DNA of 64,000 bases, from the NCBI GenBank assembly GCA_031835245.2, contig JAVKOQ020000070.1, positions 124,001 through 188,000 of the forward strand, in the 5' to 3' direction. Shown piece by piece: positions 39,231-51,103 of the stretch. The notes beneath the pieces were generated by a model that was not told where the DNA came from, searched no databases, and saw only the letters and a program-made list of their open reading frames with translations. Origin of the DNA: Balamuthia mandrillaris (lineage: Eukaryota). A program made the translations under genes and the position numbers. Each line of letters begins with the position of its first letter. Position 1 is the first letter of the stretch.

Positions 39231-40288
39231 ATGCCCATCATTTACAGTCTTGTGGCAAGAGGAGCCACCGTGCTGGCAGAGCACGCCGCTGCCTCTGGCA
39301 ACTTCATCGAAGTCAGTCGCCTCATATTGGACAAGATTTCCTCCACACAAACCGGCCGCATGTCTTATTCTTACGACAGGTATACTACTTTTAAATCTTC
39401 TTCTTCTTCTTCTTTGTTGCTTGTCTTTCGTTTTTGTTTCTCTTTTTCTTTTCATCTCTTTTTCGCGGCTATGCTCATCCCTTCCTTTAGACACTACTTC
39501 CATTACCTGGCGAGCGAAGGGCTCATCTTTCTCTGCATGTCGGATGAGGAGTTTCCTCGCCGCATTGCCTTTGCCTTCTTGGAGGACATCAAAAACCGTT
39601 TCATGGCCGTCTACAGGAAAACCTATCAAACAGCAATGGCTTTTGGCATGAATGATGAGTTCTCTCGCGTGTTGCAGCGTCAAATGGTTGGCTCTCGCAC
39701 TCGAAGTCGTCTTGTAAAATAACACTAACTGGCTTGGTTACTGCAGGAATATTTCTCATATGATCCGAGCGTGGACAAGATCGGAATGGTCCAAGCCAAA
39801 GTGGACGAGACCAAGAAAGTGATGGTGGAGAACATTGGTGCATACCATCCACCTCAACTCTCATCTCTCTCTCTCTCTCTCTCTCTTCTTTATATGCTCA
39901 CAAATTGCTTTTCTCAACCAACAACCACAAAACCAAAAACGACAGAGAGAGTTTTGGATCGTGGTGAAAAGATAGAACTGTTGGTGAGCCGAACGGAGCA
40001 GCTGCAGGACCAGTCCTACAAATTCTCGCGAGAGAGCAAGAGGCTGCGGTGGGCAATGTGCTACACCAACGTCAAACTTTGGATCGCCATTATTGTTGTC
40101 ATCGCTGTACGTTTCTTTCTTTTTTGCTTCTGCTTTCTTGTCGTTTCTCATTCTTGTCTGGATGTGTTTGGCTGGCTTTTTTTTGTCCCTCGTTTTAACC
40201 TTGCAACAACTATCGACAACCACAACAGATTTTGATTTGGTTGATCTCCTCGTTCATCTGTGGCTTCAACTACAAAAAGTGCAAGTAA
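39231..40288 (+). CDS. VAMP7: Longin R-SNARE (VAMP7-like)
   Basis: Longin domain MPIIYSLVARGATVLAEH...RRIAFAFLEDIK; SNARE motif KVDETKKVMVENI/ERVLDRGEKIELLVSRTEQL; C-terminal TM then CGFNYKKCK*. Four GT-AG introns. Confidence 0.93.
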
Positions 40289-40459
40289 GCGCAGCCAACC
40301 ACAACAACACCCACCCTGCTTGCGTTCCAAGTTTCCAATGAGCTCCTTTTTCTCAAGCTTTCAACCAAAAATAAGGTTCGATACCCTTGGTAGAGCAGAG
40401 AGAGAGAGAGAGAGAGAGTGAGCGAGAGAGAAGCTTGGCCCTTTGTCAATTCGTTTTTT

Positions 40460-41201
40460 TCAGGCGGGGTGAGGAAGGGGGGAGGAAGTCAGACGGAAGC
40501 AGTCGCTGAGGATGAAGAAGGACTTGCCGCCTTTGGAGGGGTCCTGGCAGAGCACGAAGCTCTGGCTGAAACAGCGAGGGGCGTCCGTCGCGTAGACCAC
40601 CACGCCGCTGGTCGTCACCAAGATGGTCTTTCCAGTGGGTCCTTCCGCGTTCTCTGTTTTGAGCAAGTTTGGGAGGGAGAGAGAGAGCGAGAGAGAGAGA
40701 AGGAGGAGGAGGAGGAGGAGAAGAAGAAGAAGAAGAAGAAGAAGAACAAGAAGAAGAACAAGAAGAAGAACAAGAAGAAGAAGAAGAACACGAAGAACAA
40801 GAAGAAGAAGAACAAGAAGAGCAAGAAGAAGAACAAGAACAAAAAGAAGAAGAGATGAGAAAATATTGATGAGAAGAAGGCAAGCAGCAGGTGTGATGAA
40901 AAGTGTTGGCCAAACCCAGGACTGGTTGACAGTCAATGGAGTGGACGGTGTGTTTGCTTGGCGGGAGGAGCTTGAAAAATTCGCTCAGGTTGTGCGCTCC
41001 TTTCTTGACGGTGCCGTTCCACAGGAGGGTGGAGGTGTCGTTGTAGAACCGATGGAGCAACTGTAGGGGTTGGGTTTTTAATGAAAAGGAGGGTGTTGAG
41101 CTTTGTCATTTTTTTTTTGGGTTGCAACAGCTATAAAAGCCGAGAAAGAAGAAGATAAGTCATACATGCCTCGTTGTGTCGTAGACGTTGTAGTAATAGT
41201 C

Positions 41202-41237
<36 letters not shown>

Positions 41238-41435
41238 AGGCGAGATGAGCGAGCCATCATCCTCTTTTCCAAGAGGGCGAAAAAAAAAAGTAAAAGTCAC
41301 AACAACACTCACCCGAATGAAGCTTTCTCCAGCGCGACCAGTGTCATCTATGAAAGTATCCGCTTCCCTTTCCTGATGAGGACCTGTTCCTTCCTCCCCG
41401 TTGATCTGCATGCCTTGCCGCTGGTTGTTTTGCAT
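40460..41435 (-). CDS. NXT1: NTF2-related export protein (NXT1/p15-like)
   Basis: RAGESFIR/DYYYNVYDTTRH/LLHRFYNDTSTLLWNG...LPPSKHTVHSIDCQP/...FSQSFVL...FFILSDCFRL; three introns. Confidence 0.88.
40675..40855. repeat. Intronic (GA)n/(GAG)n/(GAA,CAA)n microsatellite
   Basis: Direct inspection; inside the last NXT1 intron. Confidence 0.88.
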
Positions 41436-41466
41436 CTCTCTTTTCTTTTTCTTTGGCTGTGCTTTA

Positions 41467-41598
41467 TTTGTCGACAATAATCCGGATAGAATGAATAATA
41501 ATTACACAAATGAATTATCGGTCATAAAATCTGTTTGTCGACAATAATATGGATAGATTGAATAATAATTAAAAGTTACGAATTATCGGTCATAAAAT
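41467..41598. promoter_or_regulatory. Two ~65-bp direct repeats in a ~240-bp divergent intergenic region
   Basis: Copies at 41467-41530 and 41534-41598 (TTTGTCGACAATAAT..GGATAGA.TGAATAATAATTA...GAATTATCGGTCATAAAAT), between the NXT1 start (-) and the 41676 gene start (+). Confidence 0.75.
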
Positions 41599-41675
41599 TT
41601 GAAGACCAATAAAATAAGGAACATTCTTCTCCAAGGTTGTCTTGAAAAAACAATATTTATACCATCATCCACAAC

Positions 41676-42266
41676 ATGAAGGCGTTGTTGTCACGAACTC
41701 TGCTCCTGGTGACGGTGGTCTTCACCGTCTACCGACTCTTTGCCGCTGTCTTCGTGGACGCCGCCGCCGGGTTCGGCTGCGAGATTGCCCTGGAGGAGGC
41801 CCAGCAGTCCTGCACCCTGGACGAGAACATTTGCGTGCCTCTCTGCGAGCTGCGGACCGCGATCGGCCTCTCCCTCAAGGAGTACTTCGCGGTGGACAAG
41901 CTATCCGAGAGCAACTGCTGTTGGCCCCTTCGGTTGCTCTTCCTTTGGGCCGGCTTCGTCTACACCCCATTCCTGGTCTACTTCTGTGTATGCTCCATTT
42001 TCAAGAAGAGCAGCCATGAGAGCAATGTTCGTTTGTGGAAACAAGGCATCGTGATGACGGACGTGCAGTTGAGCCTTCTGGTGGGCTTGTTGTTGGCGGA
42101 GGCCTTTGGACCCTACCCTTCCCCGAACCTGGGGCTGTTCATGTTGTACAATTTGGGAGACTTTGTGTTTCCGTTTGTGGTGATAGGCTATTGCTGGCTC
42201 TCCCTGCGTTCTTCACCTTCTGCTGTTGCCTCCTACAACCCCATCAAAACAGGAAGAAAGAAGTAG
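41676..42266 (+). CDS. Intronless 4-TM EXPERA-like (TMEM97/EBP superfamily) protein, paralogue 1
   Basis: Four hydrophobic segments; FVDA...YFAVDKL...GFVYTP...EAFGPYPSPNLGLFMLYN...P; basic C-terminus GRKK. Clearly paralogous to the next ORF. Confidence 0.72.
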   Translation: MKALLSRTLLLVTVVFTVYRLFAAVFVDAAAGFGCEIALEEAQQSCTLDENICVPLCELRTAIGLSLKEYFAVDKLSESNCCWPLRLLFLWAGFVYTPFLVYFCVCSIFKKSSHESNVRLWKQGIVMTDVQLSLLVGLLLAEAFGPYPSPNLGLFMLYNLGDFVFPFVVIGYCWLSLRSSPSAVASYNPIKTGRKK

Positions 42267-42517
42267 AGAACTTTGGACTTTCTCTATAAAATCATAAACA
42301 GCTTCATTTCAGTATTGCAGTTGATGTGCAACCGTTAGTATTATAGAAAAAAAATAGCAGGAAGAAAGGACCAAAACAACGACGACCATCCTCACCCCGT
42401 TTATCTTCCTCGAGCCCTTATTGAGCAAGACTGTTCCTAAACGCAAAAAAGGTGAACGGGCCGGGCAGACAGCCTTTTGGAAACGAAAACGCAGAAAGGA
42501 GGCCAGCATAGCATAGA

Positions 42518-43144
42518 ATGAAAGGCTTCCTCCTGCCGTTGTTGGTTCTGTTTGCCGTGTTACGACTGTTTTTTGTAGCTGTCATAGACGCTCCGGCTGC
42601 GTTAGGCTGTCCTTTAGCTTCGGAAATAGCGAACGGCTGCGGCGTTTCCAGCTCTTCAGCTTGCACTCCGCTTTGCAACTTTCGAGAAGTCATCTTGGAA
42701 CAGCTCCACGGAAGCAATTTCTCAACCTCTTTGAACAAGTACTTTGAAGTGGACCTCCTCACCAAGCACAACGACCAGCTGTTGCCAGTACAATGGTTCT
42801 TCATATGGCTGTCGTTCATCTACACCCCAAGCATTATTCTTCTTTGTGCACGCTCTCTAAAAGCCTGCACCAGCAACAACAAAGGAGACCCTGAGCGGAA
42901 CAGAAAGGTTTGGAAGAGAGGAGTGGTCGTGAACGCGTTACACATCCTGTTCTTGGGACTGTTTGCAGCGGGAGAGGTCTACGGCCCGTTCCCTACCCCG
43001 GACCTTGGAAAGTTCCTGCTGTACAACGTGATAGACTATACCCTCCCATTCGCAGTCCTTCTCTATTGCTGGCTTTCGCTTCGAGCAGCCGCTCCTGCTT
43101 CATCGGCTTCCTTCTCCATTAAGAGGAGAAGAAAAGTTGACTAA
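42518..43144 (+). CDS. Intronless 4-TM EXPERA-like protein, paralogue 2
   Basis: VIDA...YFEVDLL...SFIYTP...EVYGPFPTPDLGKFLLYN...LP; ends RRRKVD. Shares four loop Cys and YCWLSLR with paralogue 1. Confidence 0.72.
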   Translation: MKGFLLPLLVLFAVLRLFFVAVIDAPAALGCPLASEIANGCGVSSSSACTPLCNFREVILEQLHGSNFSTSLNKYFEVDLLTKHNDQLLPVQWFFIWLSFIYTPSIILLCARSLKACTSNNKGDPERNRKVWKRGVVVNALHILFLGLFAAGEVYGPFPTPDLGKFLLYNVIDYTLPFAVLLYCWLSLRAAAPASSASFSIKRRRKVD

Positions 43145-43174
43145 AAGCTTTTTTAAAAATACAAAAAGAACTTA

Positions 43175-46100
43175 CTAGTAATGTCGGTTGATCCTTTTTG
43201 CCGAGGAGGAGGACTGTTGGTGCAAGGCGTGGTTAAAGAACCAAGGTTTTGCATTGGTGAAGCTTATCCGCCGTCTTCGCCCTCCAGTAGAGCCGCTGCT
43301 ATTGCTTGCCTCTCCTCTGCTGCTTCCGTCTTTGTCTGCACCAACTCCTCCTCGTTTGCTTCCTTTATCTTCTTCGCCACTGAAATGCTTCTTCAGCTTG
43401 GCCCAAAACTTGCTCCAGAGAGCCTCTGTGCTCTTCATGCAAACACTTGGTATCTCCACTTGAGAAAAAGTCAGGATGGTTCGTTTGGTGCTGTCGCGGT
43501 TATTGTTGTTGCTGCCTTCTTCTTGGAGCTCAAACGTCACCTTGGAGACGTGTTCTGGCGGCCAGTCGCATGCTCTGAGTTCCATTCCTTGTGGTTGTTG
43601 TTTTGTGGTTAACTGACATGTAAAAAAGGGATAGAAACGAAGGAAAGGGAGATACCGATAAGGTGATTCTTTTCTAACTTTCGTATGATGCCCAACAGCG
43701 CATTGCCATAGAGGTTGTAGCGCCCCAAAATGGCCGGTTGAATCTCACACTTGCTCTTGGTGGCCTTGCTGATGCGCTCCGAATTGAGCAACATGTCGTA
43801 TACCTGATGAGCGGCAATGTTGCCGAAAGAGATCACATGCACGAGGGACTCGGTCGGAATGCCGCCTATCTTCTCCCAAAAGTCGTTGGACCAACTTTTT
43901 GTCACTTTCTGTACTTTGTCTTCCGGAACGTTCTCGTGATCAAGAAAGACTTTTGTTTTCTTCTTTGATGCACCTCTTGCAGATGTTGGTTGTTCAGCAT
44001 GCGCTGGTTCAGTTTCTTCTTCTGTGGTCGAATCGCTGTCTTTTTCCTTGTCTTTCTCTCGTTTGTCCTTGTGTTGATCTTTGCCTTTTGAGTTCTTATC
44101 TCTTCTTCCAATGACGTGACGAACCTCTTTGCGTTTGAGTCCACTAATATGATGTGCCGCCGAAGCAGGAGCAGAAGATGCGGTAGCAAGAGGAACTGAT
44201 GTGGCAACAAAGAAAGCGGATGATGAAGAATCTGAAGAGGACGGCTCTCTCTTTTCAGTAGCATTGAGGGGAGTGAGAGCGCCGGTCGTGCTGGATTCCA
44301 GCTTAAAGTCATAGTCATCAAAGTACTCGCGAAGCGTCATTGTTACAGTGGAGCTGTGGTCCTTCTTCCAATCTTTTCCGCAGTATGTTTGAACGATTTT
44401 GTTGTAGGGATGAAGCAGCACATTCTGCCCAAAGATCGTTTTGTTGAGAAGATAATAAGCACCTATGTGACGTAAAGATAGGACGATGAGCATGATTGCT
44501 AGAACGCATCGAACGGACCAAGCTATACCTTCCAGTTGTTTGCTGTTCCAACACTTGGTCTCTGTCAAGCGAGAGAGCTCATCAGAGTCGATGAGGCGAG
44601 AGTAGACCACTGAAGGTTCGTCCTGGAAGATTATGCTTTGGTAGATGTCGTCCGTCAATAAACATCCAAGTCGCTTCCACAGCGTTTTTTGCAGCTTCAC
44701 AACTTTCTTCTCTTCATCAGCTGGAATATTGCGTTGTCTATATTCTATGCGAGTACCATACAGCACTTCCCTAAAGTAATACTCTACTGTGGAAAAATGT
44801 CTTTTTGGGAACATCAAAGCGATAGGTTATTTGAAAAAGAGAATAAAGTAACAGCACAATAAAGGCAGAAATGCACCTATGTGTATGGCGACAAGGAGCT
44901 AAAACAGAAGCAGCAATACTTGCAGCAGCAGAGCCGGTAACCGTGGTTGTCCGCGTCATGGGAATGTTCGTCACTTGCGGGTCAATTCCACCAATGGGAG
45001 AGGCGCTTCCCGTTCCCAAAGTAACGGCATGTCTGCGGGAGTGGTTGGAGGTGGATGGTGTAGAGGATGGGGACGAGACCCCAGCTGCTATCAGCCGCTT
45101 CAACGGATACTGTTGTTGAAGTTGCGCCAGAACGGCCTTGTGCTGCGATCGCACCTGCTCTCTTGGTGAGCTTGGATTAGCGTTGTTGTTGGACGAGAGC
45201 GGCAGAGTCGTTGGGTGATCCCTCTTTTCTCTGGCAGCGCCCAATGTTGGCAAGAAGTGGTGGTGTTGATATGACGTGGGTGTAGAAGATTGCAACGCGT
45301 CCGGAGCGGGAGAAGCTTTTGTTGGAAAGCAATTCTCTCTTTCGTAGAGCATAGAAGGAGAAGAAGGAGGAGAAGCAGAGGAATAAGCAGGAGCAGAAGG
45401 ATAATGAAAGGCATGAAGACTTTTGACAAAACTACAGCTGCTTCCTCCTCTATCGGATGATGATGAAGAACTAGACGACAGGACTTGTTGTTGGGAAGAA
45501 GAGTTAATTCTCCACTTGAATACTATCTTCTTTCCGGCGACCAACTCTAAAACCTCGCCACTAACCATTCCATCGAAGAGCATGAATTCACTACCGACTT
45601 GAACTGCTTCGTTCTTCGATATTGCTGGAGTTGATGCTGCTGATACAGAGGAAGAACCTTCCGAACTCAGTGACTTTCCTTCCTCCTCAGACCTTGGAGT
45701 TTCTGCATCGCTCGCACTTCTGTTCTTGGTTTTGAGAGGAGGAGTGCAGCTTCCAAAAGAAATTGACGTTGAGGATAGGGAAGTGGTTGAAGAAGAGGCA
45801 GAAGAGGAGGAGGAAGAAGAACAAGAGAAAGTCGGTGAGGAATTCTCACGTCGCTTGTTGTGTCTACCAAAAGGAGATCTCGTTTTGGGCTTCTTCCCAC
45901 TCCCACCAGTTTGTTCTGTATTAGACGTAGCTCGCGAGGCACCGCCGATGATAGGGGAGGACGAAGCGGAGGAGGAAGCAGCAACTTCTTTCGAAGGATG
46001 AACCAATATGGTCGCAACGTTGGAACTATCGCTCCTGGATCGATGGTGTCGTTTATGTGAGGATGAAGGCTCCTTGTTGCCCTTATCGTGCCTTAGCTTG

Positions 46101-49100
46101 AGATCGTGGTTTGTGTTTGTACGAAACATGGTCCTTCTCGGACTTTTGACGGGTCTTTCTTCTGTGGCCATCGTCGTCGTCGAGTGGTTGAATATATGTG
46201 TATCTCTGTGGTTGCTTTGTTGAATGGTTGAAGGAGACGAGCTTGACGAAGAGGCGGAAGAAGCCGGAGACGTGGACGAAGAAGTCTTTCCAGCAGCAAA
46301 GTTGACAAAGCGACAGCGGGTCTTGGTCATTAGGGTCAATGTTGTCTGGTCCACGAACAAGGCATGCACCTCCGCCGGCAACTGCTTGGAGAACAACGTC
46401 TGCACCAGCTCCACCGTTCGTATTCCTTTCAACATCTTCCAATAATCGCACCAGCCTTGCTCGCAGGCTTTCAGCTTTGCGGCAGGCACGTTGAGCTGCC
46501 TGAAGCTCAGCTCCGTTTTGCCCTTCTGCTCCGGCGACTCCCTCATTTCGAACATGACGATGGAGTTGTGGTTGAGCGGCCAGTCGCGTTGCCTGGATTG
46601 TTGGATGATGCGCGTGCCCTCTACGAGAAGGAGGTGGAGGCCCATCCGAGGGGGATGCTCGTACACAAAGTTGCCGCCGACCACCTTGCTAACTACTTTC
46701 TCCAGTTTTGCATCCTTTTCCCCTTCTTCTTCGATGACATTAGAGGAGGAAGCAGTAAAAGAAGTTGAAGAGGAAGAAGATGAAGAAGGATGGAGACGGC
46801 GAGATAACACAGAAGGGGAAGAGGAAGCAGAAGGAGCGGGTGAATTTGAACAAGATGATGAAGGAGAAGAGGGCCAAGCCGGAGAAAATGAAGAAACAGC
46901 AGAGGGTAACACCGGAGATGAAGCTGATAGTGTCATCTCTTCCTTCTTGCCCTTCCCTCCGCTTAGCTTCCACAGCGGCCGTTTGCTTGTTGTAGTTGTC
47001 CCTGAGGTTGACATCATTCCTGAAACGCATGCGCCATCGCTGTTCTGGCTGTTATTGCCAGGGCTCGTGCTGGGAGAGCAAGAGGTGTCTGCCGAACTGG
47101 AAGAGCCACTGACCCACGGCGAGAATGACGATGGTGTTTCCTCCGCTCTTGCAGAAGACGGTGACGGCAGGGTCATCGACGTATCGTCCTCTCCGAAATT
47201 CTCGGAGAGAGACACATCATCCAGCAACGAAGATGCAGAGGAGGTGGTGTAGGAGTAGAAAGGAAACTCTCCGCAGAGAATGTAGTGGTAAAGTTGCGCG
47301 GGAGGATAGTGGAAGAATACCGAATGTTCAATGGCTGGAGAGGTTCCATCGGTGTAAGACATGACCGTGAGGTACTCCACAAAGCCGTTAAACTCAGAGT
47401 GAGCCTCCTCCCAACAACTCTCTCCAACGCGCATCTTGACTTTATCCAGCCAGCGCCCCACCCGAGGAAAGGAAGAAGGAGACGAGGCCGATAACTCGAA
47501 CTTGAACAGCTTAGCGATGGAGAGCTGACAAGCTAACAGCAAGTCGCAAATCGAGACATCCTCTCCTCCTCCTATATAGTGGAGCTCCCGTTTCTTCCGT
47601 TGTTTCTTCTGCTTCTTTCCTCCTCTCTTTGTGGAAACGTGGTTTGCGGATGATGAGAAGGCAGAGGGAGTGTCGTCGAAGAGCAGAGGTTTACGAGGGC
47701 GCGGCATGATGCTGGTATCGTCTAAAGCGCGAGCGACACCAAGTTGACGACCGGTGCTAGGGCCGATAAAGAAGGACGATGGAAAGCTATCGTTGTGATG
47801 CTTTCCTTTGCCCCTCCGACGTTCCAAACGCCGCGTTTGTTGTCCCTCTGGCTCTTCGTGTTCTAGCGGGGCTACTTCTTGCTCGTGTTCCGCTTTGCCA
47901 TCCTTTCCATGTCCTTTTCCTTTCTTCTTTCGCTTGCCCTTTTTCTTTTTGTTCTTCTTGTCTTTGAGCACTGAAGGAGATGAAAAGTACGAAGGGAACA
48001 AGAGCTCCTGTTCCAGAAAGGCGACCGACCGTGCAAACTCCTTCATCTGTTGCTCCGAGTTGCTCAACAGATTCATCAACTGAGTTCGTAGGTTCTGCGA
48101 AAAGTTTGTTTCATCACCACCATTGTTGTGGTTGGTGGTGTTGTCGTTGCTGGCGGTACCCATCAAGGGATCTAACAAGAACACACGATTGAACTTGAGT
48201 AGGTTGGAGTCGCTCCATCTTGACATTCTCTCCAACATTGACGAGGAGAAAGACGGTAACGAAGAGGAAGAGGATTCAGAAGCAGGAGAAACAGCAGAAG
48301 AATAACAAGAAGAAGAGTGATTCGGAGAAGGAACCTGACTAGATATTCGTTTGTCAACAGAAGAGGAAAGTCTAAGCGGATTCAACGAGTCTTTTGGTTG
48401 GTGGTCGTTCTCGTTGGGGCTAGTGGACCCCACGATGACAGGTAAGTTGCTGGAGAGTGGGTCGATTGGAGACCAGTGAGCAGGCAGCATGTACTTTTCG
48501 AAAAGATGTTGAAAAATGGAAGCACTTTTTATGTTTGTGTGAAGCGATGGTAAACGACCGAGAAAGACAGAAGACAGTAAGGAAAGCAGGGAGACTCAAA
48601 CCAGTCGCACAGAACTGCCTCGTGACCAGGTCGTGAGATATCCACCAGCACGGGCAGGGTACCCAAAGGGTTGATCTCCAAAAAGAACGGGTCTTTCGTC
48701 TCGTGCTTCAGTAGTTCCATGCGTTTGGGAACAAACGGAATGTTGTTTGTCTTCATGAACAACCAGACAGCTCTGCTGTTGGGTTCCAATGGAGAAAAGT
48801 AGAAAATATGTTGACCGCCTATTCGTCCAAGTGAGAAAGTTAATGAGAGAGAGAAAGAAAAACAAAAGGAAGGAGAAGGTACCATCTGTAGGATAGTTTC
48901 TGAGCAGGCTCTCAAAAGTGGGTCTCATGTTGTCGTCCTTGAAGTCACCTGTAAAAGACACATTCACGGTGAGAAAAACGCAGAGACAGAAGTACAATCA
49001 ACAAAAGCAGGCGGGAGAAGCGTGCAACCATCATAAGGCATCCAGGCTAAAAGAGAATCTCTGGAACAAAGCAAAATGGAACGAATAAGTACAAAGTCGG

Positions 49101-49328
49101 AAAGCTGTAAACTTGGCTCTGCTTCCTGTTGCGGCTCTTTGACACCTAATATAGGAGCGGTGGTGGCCAAATGGAGATGTTCCATGGAGGATCTCAACGA
49201 CACCGATGTCCAATTGGAGGAAAGAGGCCGCCGTCGCTTTGTCAGTGACGTTGGGCGACTCTTTACATCCAACAGGGGCTCTTGATCTGCTTGAGAATGA
49301 GCAAGCCATTGAACCATATTACAAATGG

Positions 49329-49373
<45 letters not shown>

Positions 49374-50857
49374 TGGTTATGGAATGAGTTGGAACAGATC
49401 TTATCAAAGAAGTGCTGAATGATGGGATGTTTCTCTACAATAAATGCGTTGATGTGGTCCTTCAGAAAGTCGTCCTGGAAGAGCAGGTTGTTGGAAAGCC
49501 CCTTATAAAAGCAGAGCAAATCAGATCATGCAGAACATTAAACGAGAAGGAGTGTGAACTACTTGCAAAACTTTGGCAATAAGGGTGAGATTTCGTCTTG
49601 CTTTAGCAGAAGTCAGTGCGATTGTTGGTGAGTGGGACTCGGGATTGATAATTCCCGGATTGATGTACCTGTAATAATACATATTATTGTGAAAAGCGTT
49701 GGAAAGTAAAAGGAGAAGCAGGCGAAGAAGAAGATGAAGAAGAAGAAGAACAAGAAGAAGAAGAACAAGAAGAAGAAGAACAAGAAGAAGAAGAACAAGA
49801 ACAAGAAGAAGATGAACAAGCAGAAGAAGAACAAAAACAAGAACAAGAATAAGAAGAACTAGAACAAGAACAAGAAGGACAATGACAATAACAAGAAGAA
49901 CAAGAACAAGGACAAGAGCAAGGACAAGAACAAAAACTCGAAGAAGATGTACCGAAGCATTATGAAGCCACCAACAAGAGAATGAAGGTGAGTCGGCGTG
50001 TACTTTCTAGCCAACTCCGAAATGTAACGAACCAACAACCTAGAGGTTTGTTAAAACAGAAAGATAAACTATGAACAACATATATAGGTTGTAAGTGATT
50101 AAACGACTCCAACCTTATCTCGTTTGGCATTTGTTCGACGATTGTCGGGTTGGTAAAAGCGTCTAGAAACTCCTCCGCGATTGCTCTCAGATGTTGCTGA
50201 TTCTTTGAGAGCTTTTCTGGATCAGACACCGACCTTGGGAACAAAGTCACACGAGAATTAGTAAACCAGTTTGAGCTGACGTAAATAAAAAGTTCTACGT
50301 ACGCAGAGTTGAGCTCCAGATTCAGGTCTTTGTCTTCCACTACTTTGACAATGAGCTTTCGTAGAACTTGAGATAGATAACCCATTCCATAACGCTCTAG
50401 GTGGAGAGAGGACAAAAGAGAAAGAGCTGAGACAAAATAGCGACGAGAGAACAGAAGAAAGACGAGACGAAGAGAGCAATTCCTAACTGGTGTAGCGAGT
50501 AATGAGTTTGCTAGCTAGAGAGGAACCTCGGAGTATACGAGTTGGATCGGCTTGATGGCGTTTGAACTCGACCTCCATGGCCTCCCATAGCAGTTTATGC
50601 AGGAGGCTCTTCCTGCGACCAGCATACGTCAAAAGGCACTCAGAAAACTCATCGTAGTCGTCCGGTGGTACTATCTCATCCAAAGCTTGGAGATATCTTT
50701 GGAGGATAGTGTAAAAAACAAAACAAAATACAAAGGATGAGAGAGAGAGAGAGAGAGAGGGAGGGGAAGAAACGAACTTGGTGTGGTCCAACAAGAATGC
50801 CAGGATGCGTTGCAGATAGGTTGCTTCGCTTCGTTCGAGGGCCATGTCCTTGAGCAT
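43175..50857 (-). CDS. RasGAP + GST (theta-like N and C domains) + four AHSA1/SRPBCC domains
   Basis: RasGAP: ILRGSSLASK, GGFIMLR/YINPGIINP, RRNLTLIAKVLQ/GLSN. GST: PNSRAVWLFMKTNNIPF...FLEINPLGTLPVL and VSICDLLLACQL...FPRVGRWLDKV. Four AHSA1-like units ending GWCDYW, KTLWKRL, WSNDFW and LWSKFW. The GT-AG junctions checked keep frame. Start codon uncertain. Confidence 0.8.
49720..49945. repeat. Intronic (GAA/CAA)n-type microsatellite
   Basis: Direct inspection; inside the intron that splits the RasGAP MLR/Y motif. Confidence 0.85.
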
Positions 50858-51103
50858 TTCCGAGCTGCCAGGCTGAGCTCCCGTGTATAAAGCAATTTAT
50901 CTGCAACAAACCTATCTACGCTCGGTGCTGTTTGCTGTGAACTTCGGACCACCCCTCTTCGTCTTCCCCTCTTTTATTTCTACTTTTCCGAATTGTTTTG
51001 CGAAGAGACGTCTTCTGCTTTCCTTTTTTTGTCATTATATAGGTTTATATAGGTTTGCAAAACGTGAGGCCAAACCTTCTGTTTTCCTTTCGTTTGTTGT
51101 TCA

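Noticed and set aside
41467..41598. Direct repeats considered as a CRISPR array
   Set aside because: Only two long adjacent copies, no spacers, no cas genes, eukaryotic context.
1..50857. Apparent cluster of small-GTPase regulators (RhoBTB, LZTR1-like, RhoGAP, RasGAP)
   Set aside because: These families are large in amoebae and the genes are interspersed with unrelated ones; no evidence of co-regulation.
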